This document shows positions 13,867 to 21,668 of a stretch of 42,544 bases of DNA, in pieces. The DNA is taken from positions 1-42,544 of the IMG/VR virus record IMGVR_UViG_3300009678_000029. One strand, 5' to 3'. Origin of the DNA: a virus. Position numbers and translations under genes: made by a program. Position 1 is the stretch's first letter. Each line of letters starts with the position of its first letter. The notes under the pieces are model-generated. The model did no database searches and was not told where the DNA came from. It was given only the letters and a program-made list of their open reading frames with translations.

Positions 13867-14228
13867 CGGCCACCTCGGCTCAGGCGATCGTGCGCTTCCT
13901 CAGCCAGGTCCCGCGGCGCGCGCTTGCCCTTGCCGCGTCCGCGGAACCCGCCGCCCTTCGGCTTGATGTCCTTCTTCTCGTTCGGCCCGGCGCCGAAGTT
14001 GAACGTGCCCTGCTCGTCGAACTTGGGGCCGAGCCGCTCCTGGATGTCGGAGGCCTCGCGCTCGAGCTGGGCGGCTTCGTTGTGGCGATCAAGCTCCTTG
14101 CACTTCTTCGCCACCTTCCGGAGCTCGGCGCCGCGGAGCTTCAGCGCCCGGCAGACCGTGCGGCAATCGTTGAGCGGGAGCGATCCAATATTGAGCGATG
14201 GATCATGGGCAGCGGCTGAACTCGTCAT
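13863..14228 (-). CDS. Hypothetical protein (121 aa)
   Basis: ORF track; start and stop overlap the neighbouring genes. Confidence 0.6.
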   Translation of the reverse strand: MTSSAAAHDPSLNIGSLPLNDCRTVCRALKLRGAELRKVAKKCKELDRHNEAAQLEREASDIQERLGPKFDEQGTFNFGAGPNEKKDIKPKGGGFRGRGKGKRAPRDLAEEAHDRLSRGGR

Positions 14229-14509
14229 AGCGTTTTCCTCTGCACAAAGAGCTCGCCTTGGCGGGCGGGCAGGTGGTCATGCTGGCACTTCTGGAGTGAT
14301 TGGCGGGCGTCGGTGACGCGCATCCGCTCGATCGTCCACCCGCGGCGCATCCACGGCGCCACGCGGTAACCGATGTCACGGGTCGAACAGAATTCGGGAA
14401 TGAGAACGGCGACCGCGCAGCCGCAGCCCTTCACGGCGACGTAGCAGATCTGGCCTGGGGCGACGAGTTGCGGCCGCGGACGGCTGTAGCGACGGACTGC
14501 TGGTCTCAC
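14225..14509 (-). CDS. Hypothetical protein (94 aa, GTG start)
   Basis: ORF track. The GTG at 14509 forms a GTGA overlap with the -1 frame end of the upstream gene. Confidence 0.55.
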   Translation of the reverse strand: MRPAVRRYSRPRPQLVAPGQICYVAVKGCGCAVAVLIPEFCSTRDIGYRVAPWMRRGWTIERMRVTDARQSLQKCQHDHLPARQGELFVQRKTL

Positions 14510-14531
14510 GCGGCCTTCTGCCCGACGGCGA

Positions 14532-15101
14532 TCATCCGGTCAAGCAGGTCGAACGCGCTCTCGGTGAGCTGCTGCTCGGTCGGCCGCAAGGCCGAGCGAG
14601 CAGCTTCATATCCGGCGTCCCTCGCGGCGGCCCACGCGGCGGCCACGCGGCGGCCGCTCTCGAACGCGCGCTGGCGCGCGCCTTCTCGAGCGTCGCCTGC
14701 ACAGCCACCGACAATTCGCCCGGCGTGATTTCCGGCAACGCGCGCAGCTCGGCCGCCTCGTCCTTCAGACCGGCGAGCTCGAGCCAGGCCGGCGTGTGCA
14801 CCCGCACCAGCCAGTCCATCGCGAGCGCGCCCCGGATCTGCTCGTCCGCCGGACCAGTGTTCGTGCCGACAACCTTCGTCGCGTAGGGCTTCAGGCGCTG
14901 CCGCGGCTCGTCGTCGAGCCCGTCGTTCCAGCTACGGAGGAAGGCGCCGATCGTCGGCGAGACGCATTCCGGATGATCGCCCCAAGGCTCGCCAGCGATC
15001 AGCGACACGGCTTCCATGATGCAGGCGCCATCGCTCAGCGAGCCATGCCCGCCCTTGGTGAGCGTGAGGGCATCGAGGTCCAGCTTCTGCGCGGTCGTCA
15101 T
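14532..15101 (-). CDS. Hypothetical protein, frame-disrupted near 14663-14682 (the true C-terminus probably ends at 14506 in the -1 frame)
   Basis: The last ~45 codons of the annotated frame have poor GC3 and a junk-like sequence. The -1 frame reads RAFESGRRVAAAWAAARDAGYEAARSALRPTEQQLTESAFDLLDRMIAVGQKAA with ~89% GC3. Confidence 0.6.
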   Translation of the reverse strand: MTTAQKLDLDALTLTKGGHGSLSDGACIMEAVSLIAGEPWGDHPECVSPTIGAFLRSWNDGLDDEPRQRLKPYATKVVGTNTGPADEQIRGALAMDWLVRVHTPAWLELAGLKDEAAELRALPEITPGELSVAVQATLEKARASARSRAAAAWPPRGPPRGTPDMKLLARPCGRPSSSSPRARSTCLTG

Positions 15102-15293
15102 GAGATCCTCACAGGGTCCTGCGGGTGGCCCCTTGCCCCGGGTCGCCAGCCGTCCTCGTGCACCGGCTCACTAGTGTCCGGCCAACCAACGGCCCGGGGC
15201 GTGTAGAGCGCGAGGCGGTTTCGAGGCCGCACCCTCCTCGGCGGTTGGTCCGAGGCGCTGATCTGTTCAGCTTCCCGCGCGTGTCCGCTTCGC

Positions 15294-15998
15294 TCAGAGA
15301 ATCGGCTGCACCCGCTCGAAGAGCTCGACGAGCGTCTGCGCTTCGCAAAGCCCGTAGTCGCGCAACGCGATCCACTCACCGCCCTGCACCCAGCTGAACA
15401 CCTCGGCGCCGTGCTCCTCGGCATGGATCCCGAACGCCTCGGCCCACCACTGCAGCGTCCCCCGCGCGCGGCGATCGTCGGCGCCGAGGATCAACCGGAG
15501 GTCCGCGTGCTGGTTGTCGTCGAAGGGATAGAGCAGCCGGCGCCAGGGGATCGACGGGACGCGCAGACCGAGCAGCGCCGCGCGGCCGCGCAGCACCGGC
15601 ACGTCGAAGCTCTTGCCGTTGAACGAGACGATCGTGGTGCGCTTGCCGCAGGCGCTGGCAAGAATGTCGAGTGCCTCGGTGACCAGCGCTCGCTCCGCGG
15701 TCGCCACGCCGGCCGGCGATCCGTCGCAATAGTCGTCCGCCTGGAGCACCTTGCGCTGCAGCTCGGCCGGCGCGCCGCGCCACCCGAACGACACCTGCAC
15801 GATGTGGCAGGTCGACGCGTGCAACGCCGCCGGCTGCTTCGTCGCGGCCAGCACCGCGCGGCCCGCGGCCACCTCGTAGCCGATGCGATCGGCGCCGCGG
15901 TCTTCGTTCAAGTAGTCGGTGTCGAGCTCCGGCCAGGCCTGGTCGTTCGTGAACCGCGCCTGCGGAACAGTTTCCAGATCAAGTGTCAAGAACGTCAC
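15294..15998 (-). CDS. DnaQ-like 3'-5' exonuclease (PolB-exonuclease-like family)
   Basis: GTG at 15998 overlaps the upstream stop (GTGA). FLTLDLETVP (Exo I DxE) and SFNGKSFDVPVL (Exo II-like). Confidence 0.7.
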   Translation of the reverse strand: MTFLTLDLETVPQARFTNDQAWPELDTDYLNEDRGADRIGYEVAAGRAVLAATKQPAALHASTCHIVQVSFGWRGAPAELQRKVLQADDYCDGSPAGVATAERALVTEALDILASACGKRTTIVSFNGKSFDVPVLRGRAALLGLRVPSIPWRRLLYPFDDNQHADLRLILGADDRRARGTLQWWAEAFGIHAEEHGAEVFSWVQGGEWIALRDYGLCEAQTLVELFERVQPIL

Positions 15999-16969
15999 GC
16001 CGGGTTCTCGCCGAGCTTGCCCTTCAACGCCTCGGAGCCCCGCTCGGCCTTCTTGCCGGTCCCCACCTTGCCGCGCAGATCCTCGACCGCCGCGGCCCAC
16101 GTGGTCTCGCCGTCTTTCACCGCGGTGTAGATCGCCCGCAGCGTCGAGAGCTCGGCCGGGTTCAGCTGATCGAGCGGCTTCTGCATGAACTCCTGGACGT
16201 CCTGCGGCGTAACACCCAGCGCCCAGAACGCGTCGAGGATCTGCTTGCGCGCGCCGGCGGGGTCCTTCGTGTCCCGCTCCCGCACGACGCGCAGGATCGT
16301 TTCTTCGGCCTCTTCGCTGATGTCGGACGGGATCAGCGTCAGGATGATGTTGCGGCGCGCCTTGGCGATCATCGCGTTGACCTTGTTGTGCAGCTCGTCT
16401 TCGGTCGCCTCGATCAAGTAGACGGTCTCGCCCTTGGTGTTCTGGCGCTGGCCGATCACCGTCTGCCCCTGCCGCGGCTGGCGGCGCTCGACGACCTTCT
16501 CGATGATCACGTCCTGGCTCTGCGTCGCGTTGGTCTCGAGGTCGGTCCCGGTGACGCGGTAGATGCGCCGATCGGCGTCGTCGAAGACGATCATCCCCAT
16601 GACGTCGAGGTTGCCCCAGGCCCGCGCCGCTTCCTCGGCGAAGCGGATCGACAGCCCTTCGACGCGGCTCTTGCCGACGGGCTTGGAGTACCGCGCCGAC
16701 TCGGCGAAGCGCGGACGCTTGCAGGCGTCCATGATCCGCAGCCGCGCTTGGTCGGTGTTGCGGGGGAACTTCGCCGCCATGACGAACCGCGCCTCGACGG
16801 CCGCGCGCTCCCGAGCGGCGACAGCGCTGGACGCGGTCTCACTCGCCAGAGGCGCGACGGCCGTCGGTGATGGCGGGACGGTCAGCGCCGTGCCGGCGCT
16901 CCCGGGCTCGGGCGGCAGCGGGATCTCTTGCTGGGCATTCGGCGCAGCGGTCATAGGCCCCTCGTTCAT
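15995..16969 (-). CDS. Putative single-strand annealing protein (RecT/Red-beta-like), partner of the YqaJ exonuclease
   Basis: 324 aa, immediately downstream of and overlapping the exonuclease gene. The motif AKARRNIILTLIP resembles the RecT C-terminal motif. The family call is tentative. Confidence 0.55.
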   Translation of the reverse strand: MNEGPMTAAPNAQQEIPLPPEPGSAGTALTVPPSPTAVAPLASETASSAVAARERAAVEARFVMAAKFPRNTDQARLRIMDACKRPRFAESARYSKPVGKSRVEGLSIRFAEEAARAWGNLDVMGMIVFDDADRRIYRVTGTDLETNATQSQDVIIEKVVERRQPRQGQTVIGQRQNTKGETVYLIEATEDELHNKVNAMIAKARRNIILTLIPSDISEEAEETILRVVRERDTKDPAGARKQILDAFWALGVTPQDVQEFMQKPLDQLNPAELSTLRAIYTAVKDGETTWAAAVEDLRGKVGTGKKAERGSEALKGKLGENPA

Positions 16970-17886
16970 TTGGAGAACCGGCAGTCGAACCGACGCGTCG
17001 CGGCGCGCGTGAACGCCTTCACCTCGACGGCGTCCATGTGCGTCCAGGTGATCTTGAACCCGGGCCCCGAGACGCCGCGGCGGTCCGCGATGAATTCCTT
17101 GATGTTGGCCGCGAGCTCGTCCTTCTCCCGCTCGAGCGTGCCGAGCTGCGCGCGCACCTGCTGCAGCCGCTCGACGACGAAGGACAGCTCGGGCGGCGCG
17201 GGGACGATCTCCCCCGAATGCGTCGGGTAGGTGCGGAGCAGGAACCGGTGATCGGACTCGGCGCCGGTGAAGGGCGGGTGCACGTTCTTGAGGACGCGAT
17301 CGAACCAGAACGCCCGCGCCTTCTCAATCAGCGCGGCGGCGATCGTCTCGTCGTAGGCGATCGTGTACTCGCGGTAGTCGTTGCCGCCGAGCAGGACCGC
17401 GGCGTCCCAGACCTTGAGGCCCGTCACGATCATGCCCCAGTGGCACTGCACCGCGACCGCATCCGGCACCTCGTCGGTGCCCTCGTCGCCCCAGGAGTCC
17501 CGATCGTACTCGCCGCGGCACTTGCACTCGAGGCCGCGGTCGTCCTTCGCCAGCACGTCCCGGCCGTCGAGCGGCCCCATCACTACCCGGCGATCGGGCG
17601 TCGCCAGCATCCACGGCTCGGGACCGACGACGGTGTTGGCCGGCAGCACGGTCCAGGTGGGATGGCGCTCCTGGTACTCCTCGATGATGTCGTCCTCGAG
17701 CCGGTTGCCCCACTTCGTGTAGCGGTTGCCCTCGAACGGGAGCACTTGGCCGGTCTTTTCGAGGAAGACATCGAGCGCGGTGCGCCGGGGATCGAGCCCG
17801 AGCACGGCCGCGATTTCACTGGCGCCGAGCCCCTGCTTGCGCAGCTCGCGTTGTTCGGGGGTGAGCTGGCTGGTGACCGCGGTCAT
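16966..17886 (-). CDS. YqaJ-type (lambda-exonuclease-like) recombination exonuclease
   Basis: The internal ATG at 17886 of ORF 16966..18063. LGASEIAAVLGLDPRRTALDVFLEKTG and a PD-(D/E)XK core (ECKCRG). Confidence 0.85.
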   Translation of the reverse strand: MTAVTSQLTPEQRELRKQGLGASEIAAVLGLDPRRTALDVFLEKTGQVLPFEGNRYTKWGNRLEDDIIEEYQERHPTWTVLPANTVVGPEPWMLATPDRRVVMGPLDGRDVLAKDDRGLECKCRGEYDRDSWGDEGTDEVPDAVAVQCHWGMIVTGLKVWDAAVLLGGNDYREYTIAYDETIAAALIEKARAFWFDRVLKNVHPPFTGAESDHRFLLRTYPTHSGEIVPAPPELSFVVERLQQVRAQLGTLEREKDELAANIKEFIADRRGVSGPGFKITWTHMDAVEVKAFTRAATRRFDCRFSK

Positions 17887-18032
17887 GTATCCCTCGTGGA
17901 CGGGCGGATCTGATCGCGGCGCCGATCGAGGAGATCGTCGACGCTGTCGCGACGCTTCGGCCGGTAACTCGCCCACAACATCAGGCAGCCCATGTAGAGC
18001 AGCGCGAGCACGACCTCGACGACGCGGTCCAT
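17883..18032 (-). CDS. Small membrane protein (49 aa), absent from the ORF track
   Basis: The ATG at 18032 shares a base with the upstream TAA; its TGA overlaps the exonuclease ATG (ATGA). MDRVVEVVLALLYMGCLMLWASYRPKRRD... Confidence 0.4.
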   Translation of the reverse strand: MDRVVEVVLALLYMGCLMLWASYRPKRRDSVDDLLDRRRDQIRPSTRDT

Positions 18033-18205
18033 TAGCGGGGCCGCTGGCAGTGGAGGCATTCACCGCACGGCGCGCGATGCGTCGTCGTCCACCGCGGATT
18101 GCATGCGGCGCGTTCGTAGCGGCGCCGGTTGCGCGCGCGCCGACGGTCCGTCGCGGGGCACTCGAACCGCGGCCGATTTCGGCTGGGGTCGCGATGGCGA
18201 TTCAC
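18032..18205 (-). CDS. Small basic Cys-rich protein (57 aa), absent from the ORF track
   Basis: GTG at 18205 overlaps the upstream TGA (GTGA). GC3 ~80%. ...FECP...C...PCGECLHCQRPR. Confidence 0.35.
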   Translation of the reverse strand: MNRHRDPSRNRPRFECPATDRRRARNRRRYERAACNPRWTTTHRAPCGECLHCQRPR

Positions 18206-18633
18206 GCGCGCCCCCGCTGCCGCTGCTCCTCGAGCAGCATGTCCAGCACCGCCGTTTCCCGTCTGATCATCTCGCGCTTTCGGGCGATCAGTCGCGCGAG
18301 GTTCGCATCAGACTTGTCGAGCTGATACCGGAGCTCGTCCACGTCCTCCAGCGCATCCGCCTGCTCTGCGAGCATCCACGTCGCCTCGCAGTTCGGCGGC
18401 GGCTCGCGCCCGTCGAGGGCGCGGTAGATCGGTTCCACGAAGCGGGCCAGTCGGTCGTCGTCGCCCAGTTTTCGGAAGGCATGGACAATCGCGGCACAAC
18501 GATGGTTGACGGATTTCATCAACTGTTCGACGGAGGCGGGCCGCATCCCGAGCGTGGGTGCGGCGTAGGCGGCTACGGGGTCGGCACGTCCCGACTGGCC
18601 CCAGCGACGACGTGGTGCGAGGCTCGTCGCCAT
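18202..18633 (-). CDS. Hypothetical protein (143 aa)
   Basis: ORF track; early operon. Confidence 0.6.
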   Translation of the reverse strand: MATSLAPRRRWGQSGRADPVAAYAAPTLGMRPASVEQLMKSVNHRCAAIVHAFRKLGDDDRLARFVEPIYRALDGREPPPNCEATWMLAEQADALEDVDELRYQLDKSDANLARLIARKREMIRRETAVLDMLLEEQRQRGRA

Positions 18634-18634
18634 G

Positions 18635-18961
18635 CTAGAGCGGGTACGCGCGACGCGCGTCTTGGATGGTGAGCCACCGCGTCAGCTGCGCGAGGTCCCG
18701 GCAGGCGAGCTCGCGATCGACGAGCTCGTTCTGGTAAATGGGTCCACCGGGTTGGCCGGGACGGGCCAGGAGGTAACCGCAGCGCCACGAGCCGTCATGA
18801 TTCGCCTGCACGACCACGCGACGCAGCGCGTGAGGAATCGTCGGGTCGTCCCGTTCGGCCACGACGACGTCATCGATGATGATCGTGGGCCGAAAGCCGC
18901 GGTCCAGCAGCAGCGCGACGACATCGACGACCGTGAAGCCCGGCGCGGTGGCGGTGGTCAT
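18635..18961 (-). CDS. Hypothetical protein (108 aa)
   Basis: ORF track; early operon. Confidence 0.6.
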   Translation of the reverse strand: MTTATAPGFTVVDVVALLLDRGFRPTIIIDDVVVAERDDPTIPHALRRVVVQANHDGSWRCGYLLARPGQPGGPIYQNELVDRELACRDLAQLTRWLTIQDARRAYPL

Positions 18962-19176
18962 GGCGACTCGACACCGGCAGACGCGAGGGAGTCCTGCGCC
19001 CGCAACTCAGCGAGGCGCGCGCGGATGCTGGGCATGGCGTGCTCCCGGAGGATCGTGCCCACACCGAGCTCGTTGTCCTTCCGGAGGTCCCGCTCCCGGC
19101 GGGCGAGTTCCTTCGCCACGACGGTCTCGTCGCGGTCCAATCCGACCTTGAATTCTTTCTTGACGTGTCGTGCCAT
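18958..19176 (-). CDS. First early gene: possible ribbon-helix-helix DNA-binding protein (Cro-like role)
   Basis: 72 aa. KKEFKVGLDRDETVVAKELARRE...LGVGTILREHAMPSIRARLAEL fits a beta-alpha-alpha pattern. Divergent from the repressor gene. Confidence 0.5.
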   Translation of the reverse strand: MARHVKKEFKVGLDRDETVVAKELARRERDLRKDNELGVGTILREHAMPSIRARLAELRAQDSLASAGVESP

Positions 19177-19188
19177 GCGCCGTATGCT
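19160..19188 (+). promoter_or_regulatory. Sigma70-like promoter candidate for the repressor gene (TTGACG-17 nt-TATGCT)
   Basis: Read directly. Located ~30 nt upstream of ATG 19219. The host promoter consensus is unknown. Confidence 0.4.
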
Positions 19189-19218
19189 CCCGGGTTGCGC
19201 TTGAGTCAGTGGCGGGTG

Positions 19219-19734
19219 ATGAGTTCCGCACTGTCAGGTGGGCCTTACAATGGCGTGTTGACACGCAAATGTCAAGAGAGGTTTACGAAATCCACTAAGG
19301 CAGGCCCCGACAAGCAGTTATTCGCCGACCGGCTGCGACTCCAGCTGCTCAAGCTGCGCTGGCGAGCGCCCCAGTTGGCGGAAGCCCTGAGGGAACGCGG
19401 TGTGACGATTAGCCGACAATCGGTCAACGAGTGGACGCTCGGGGCACTGCCGTCTGGTCACGCGGCGGCTGTGCTCGCCGATGTGCTTGGCGTCACGGCG
19501 GATTGGCTCTGGCGTGGCGTACCTGTAGACGAGAGAGAAAGGAATCGCGCCCTGCTTGCTGCCCAGATTGCCCGGGCCGTCGAACACGTCGTGCTTACCG
19601 GTAATACGCCGCGTCTCGAGATGCTGGCGGTCTGGCTGGTAAACCTCGCGAACGACCTGCATCGCGTTGATCCGTCCTATGACACGCTTGAGATTCGTCG
19701 TGCGGCCGACCAGGTCCGAGAACTCATCGGCTGA
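19219..19734 (+). CDS. XRE-family HTH repressor (CI-like), with no S24 peptidase domain
   Basis: ORF 19039..19734, probable start ATG 19219 (GTG 19255 also possible). HTH LFADRLRLQLLKLRWRAPQLAEALRERGVTISRQSVNEWTLG. One of only three plus-strand genes. Confidence 0.75.
   Translation: MSSALSGGPYNGVLTRKCQERFTKSTKAGPDKQLFADRLRLQLLKLRWRAPQLAEALRERGVTISRQSVNEWTLGALPSGHAAAVLADVLGVTADWLWRGVPVDERERNRALLAAQIARAVEHVVLTGNTPRLEMLAVWLVNLANDLHRVDPSYDTLEIRRAADQVRELIG
19258..19275. promoter_or_regulatory. Perfect palindrome TTGACA-CGCAAA-TGTCAA: candidate operator, giving -35-like hexamers on both strands
   Basis: Read directly in the repressor/early-operon switch region. Confidence 0.45.
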
Positions 19735-19795
19735 CGAGCTCACGCTGAAGGCGATCTTCCGGTTGGCCGGGCGGCCCGTGCAGACGGCTGCAGAG

Positions 19796-20401
19796 CTAGA
19801 GGAACTTCCGCCCGCAGCTCGCGCTGAACCCGACCGACCCGCCGAATAGACTGGCCGTCGTGCCCGCGATCGCGGGGCCGACCGTCGCGCCGACGCCGAC
19901 GACGCATCCCCAGCGTCGATGCTTCAGCGCGTTGTCGAGCTTGGTCTCGAGCGTCTCGGCGTGGCGACGCCAGCGCGCGGCCGCCGTGTCGGCCTCCACC
20001 TTCTGCCGGCGCGCGGTGAGCAGCTCGGCCCGCAGCGAGTCGCTCGTCGCGTTCGCGGTGCGCATCGCCTGGGCGTGAATCCGCGTGAGGTCGTCCACGA
20101 GTGCCCGCGGGACGAGATCCGGAAACTGGTTGACCTGGATGACGACATTCGCATGCGCGAGCTCCAGGGAATCGGCGCGCTTGCGGAGCGAGTCGATCGC
20201 CGCCTCGCGCCGGCGGGTGCTGTCGGCGGCCGCGGCGTCGGCGATCGCGCGCCGCTCGTCCTGCCCCTGCAGGGAATCGGCGACGACCTTCAGGCTGTCC
20301 CGCTCGAACTCCGCGCGCGCGAGCGAGGTATCCGGCCGGCAGAGCAGGGCCCCGAGCAACGCGCCCCCGCCGATCAGCGCGACGACGTGCCACGCCTTCA
20401 C
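19796..20401 (-). CDS. Spanin-like protein: N-terminal membrane anchor, coiled coil, C-terminal glycine-zipper hydrophobic segment (201 aa)
   Basis: GTG at 20401 overlaps the stop of the lipoprotein gene (GTGA). MKAWHVVALIGGGALLGALLC..., long Ala/Arg/Asp/Glu helices, ...WGCVVGVGATVGPAIAGTTASLFGGSVGF. Confidence 0.5.
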   Translation of the reverse strand: MKAWHVVALIGGGALLGALLCRPDTSLARAEFERDSLKVVADSLQGQDERRAIADAAAADSTRRREAAIDSLRKRADSLELAHANVVIQVNQFPDLVPRALVDDLTRIHAQAMRTANATSDSLRAELLTARRQKVEADTAAARWRRHAETLETKLDNALKHRRWGCVVGVGATVGPAIAGTTASLFGGSVGFSASCGRKFL

Positions 20402-21357
20402 GGGGCTACGTTCGGATGGCGTTCGAGCCACGCCGCGACGGCATCGTCCCACACCGCACGGTCCCGCGTCACCCTAAAGCAGCTCGGGATCGGCTCAGGG
20501 AAGTCTCCCGGCCCGAGCCACACGATGATGTTGTTCGCGCACGAGGCGAGATAGGCTGGCGGCGGGATGAAGAAGTTCCCGCAGCAGCTATTGTCGGTGT
20601 CCATCCGAAAGATGTTGTCGTGCAGCGCGAGACGCGGATCACCGCCGCTGCCGTCGCTGCTGTTCATCTTCCAGAAGCGCCCATGCCCCGGCCTCGCATA
20701 CCCTGTCGGCATGTCCTGCAACCGGATCAGATTCCCGCGGAATACGACGACCTTGTGACGGTTGTCCGCGACGAACCCCGCGTATGCCCGCGAGCTATAG
20801 CCCATGTAGCAGCCGTCAAAGAGATTGTCGTCCACAAGCCCGCTGTTGCCGAAATCGTTCGAGAGGCAGTCGTCATGGATGTAGGAGACGTGATTGCCCC
20901 GGACCGTCCAGCCTTCACTCCCCACGGCGTCAAAGCTGAAGGTGTCCCCGTAGTTGTGGATCCGCACGCCCTCGACCACCGTGCCGGGCGCGCCGCGGAT
21001 CACGAAGGCGTAATGGTCATGGTAGGTGCTCCACGACGTGCTGTCCGGGAACGTCCCCGTGATGCGTCCGCCGGACCAGTGGACGTTCGGCCCGCCGCCG
21101 TAGCGCACCGCCTGGGTTAACTGGCCGATCCACGAGGCCGTCCGCGCGTCGATCCGCGTATGCGCTGTCAGCTTCGTGTTGTCGTAGCGCGCGTTCGAGG
21201 GCCAGGGCACCCCGCGCACCGTAATGAGGGGCCCGAGCGGCAGCGGCGGTGGCAGGGTTGGGACAACGACCACCGGCGGCGGTGCCGGCGGTTGCGGCGG
21301 CGGAGACTCGCCGCCGGGACAACCGAGGAGTAGCAGCAGCCACCACGCATACTTCAC
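20398..21357 (-). CDS. Lipoprotein with Pro-rich linker and putative parallel beta-helix (glycan-degrading?) domain
   Basis: MKYAWWLLLLLGC (lipobox LLGC), PPPQPPAPPP...PPPLPLGP, then repetitive turns (IHNYGDTFSF, VRGNHVSYIHDDC, VDDNLFDGC, FRGNLI, LHDNIF). Confidence 0.65.
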   Translation of the reverse strand: MKYAWWLLLLLGCPGGESPPPQPPAPPPVVVVPTLPPPLPLGPLITVRGVPWPSNARYDNTKLTAHTRIDARTASWIGQLTQAVRYGGGPNVHWSGGRITGTFPDSTSWSTYHDHYAFVIRGAPGTVVEGVRIHNYGDTFSFDAVGSEGWTVRGNHVSYIHDDCLSNDFGNSGLVDDNLFDGCYMGYSSRAYAGFVADNRHKVVVFRGNLIRLQDMPTGYARPGHGRFWKMNSSDGSGGDPRLALHDNIFRMDTDNSCCGNFFIPPPAYLASCANNIIVWLGPGDFPEPIPSCFRVTRDRAVWDDAVAAWLERHPNVAP

Positions 21358-21659
21358 GGGACAGGATCGGGCGTCGTCGCGGCGGTCTTACCGTTGTCGT
21401 ACAGCAGCATGGCGATGACCGCCGTCAGCAATCCCACCAGCGTCGTCTCGCCCCAGGTCTCGACATCCCCGACGGGCGCGAGCTTCAGCGCGGCGACGCC
21501 CAGCGAGAAGACGATGTTGACGATCGCAAAGACGATGCGCTTCACCCAGTCGTTTAGCCCGCTGACGAACACCAGTCCCTTGTTCAAGAGCTTGAACAGG
21601 AACGAGGCGATCACCGGCACGACGAGCGGCAGGATCTGCGCGAGAATGGTCTTCAGCAT
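21354..21659 (-). CDS. Holin-like membrane protein (101 aa, ~3 TM segments)
   Basis: Hydrophobic segments ILPLVVPVIASFLF, IVFAIVNIVFSLGVAAL and LVGLLTAVIAMLL; in the lysis cassette. Confidence 0.55.
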   Translation of the reverse strand: MLKTILAQILPLVVPVIASFLFKLLNKGLVFVSGLNDWVKRIVFAIVNIVFSLGVAALKLAPVGDVETWGETTLVGLLTAVIAMLLYDNGKTAATTPDPVP

Positions 21660-21668
21660 CTGAACCTC

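Noticed and set aside
15102-15293. tRNA or other known small RNA in the early-operon gap
   Set aside because: There is no T-loop (GTTCRANYC) consensus or cloverleaf arrangement on either strand.
17887-18063. N-terminal extension of the YqaJ exonuclease; similar extensions occur on many track ORFs (for example 1048..2142, 4711..5046, 21669..22232, 34574..35341, 40474..40986)
   Set aside because: In each case an internal ATG or GTG lies exactly at the stop of the upstream gene (ATGA, GTGA or TAATG coupling), and the extension overlaps that gene with a junk-like sequence.
19740-20393. Embedded o-spanin (Rz1-like) ORFs in alternative frames of the spanin-like gene (217-aa and 76-aa minus-strand ORFs)
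   Set aside because: They have no signal peptide or lipobox and give Arg/Pro-rich junk translations.
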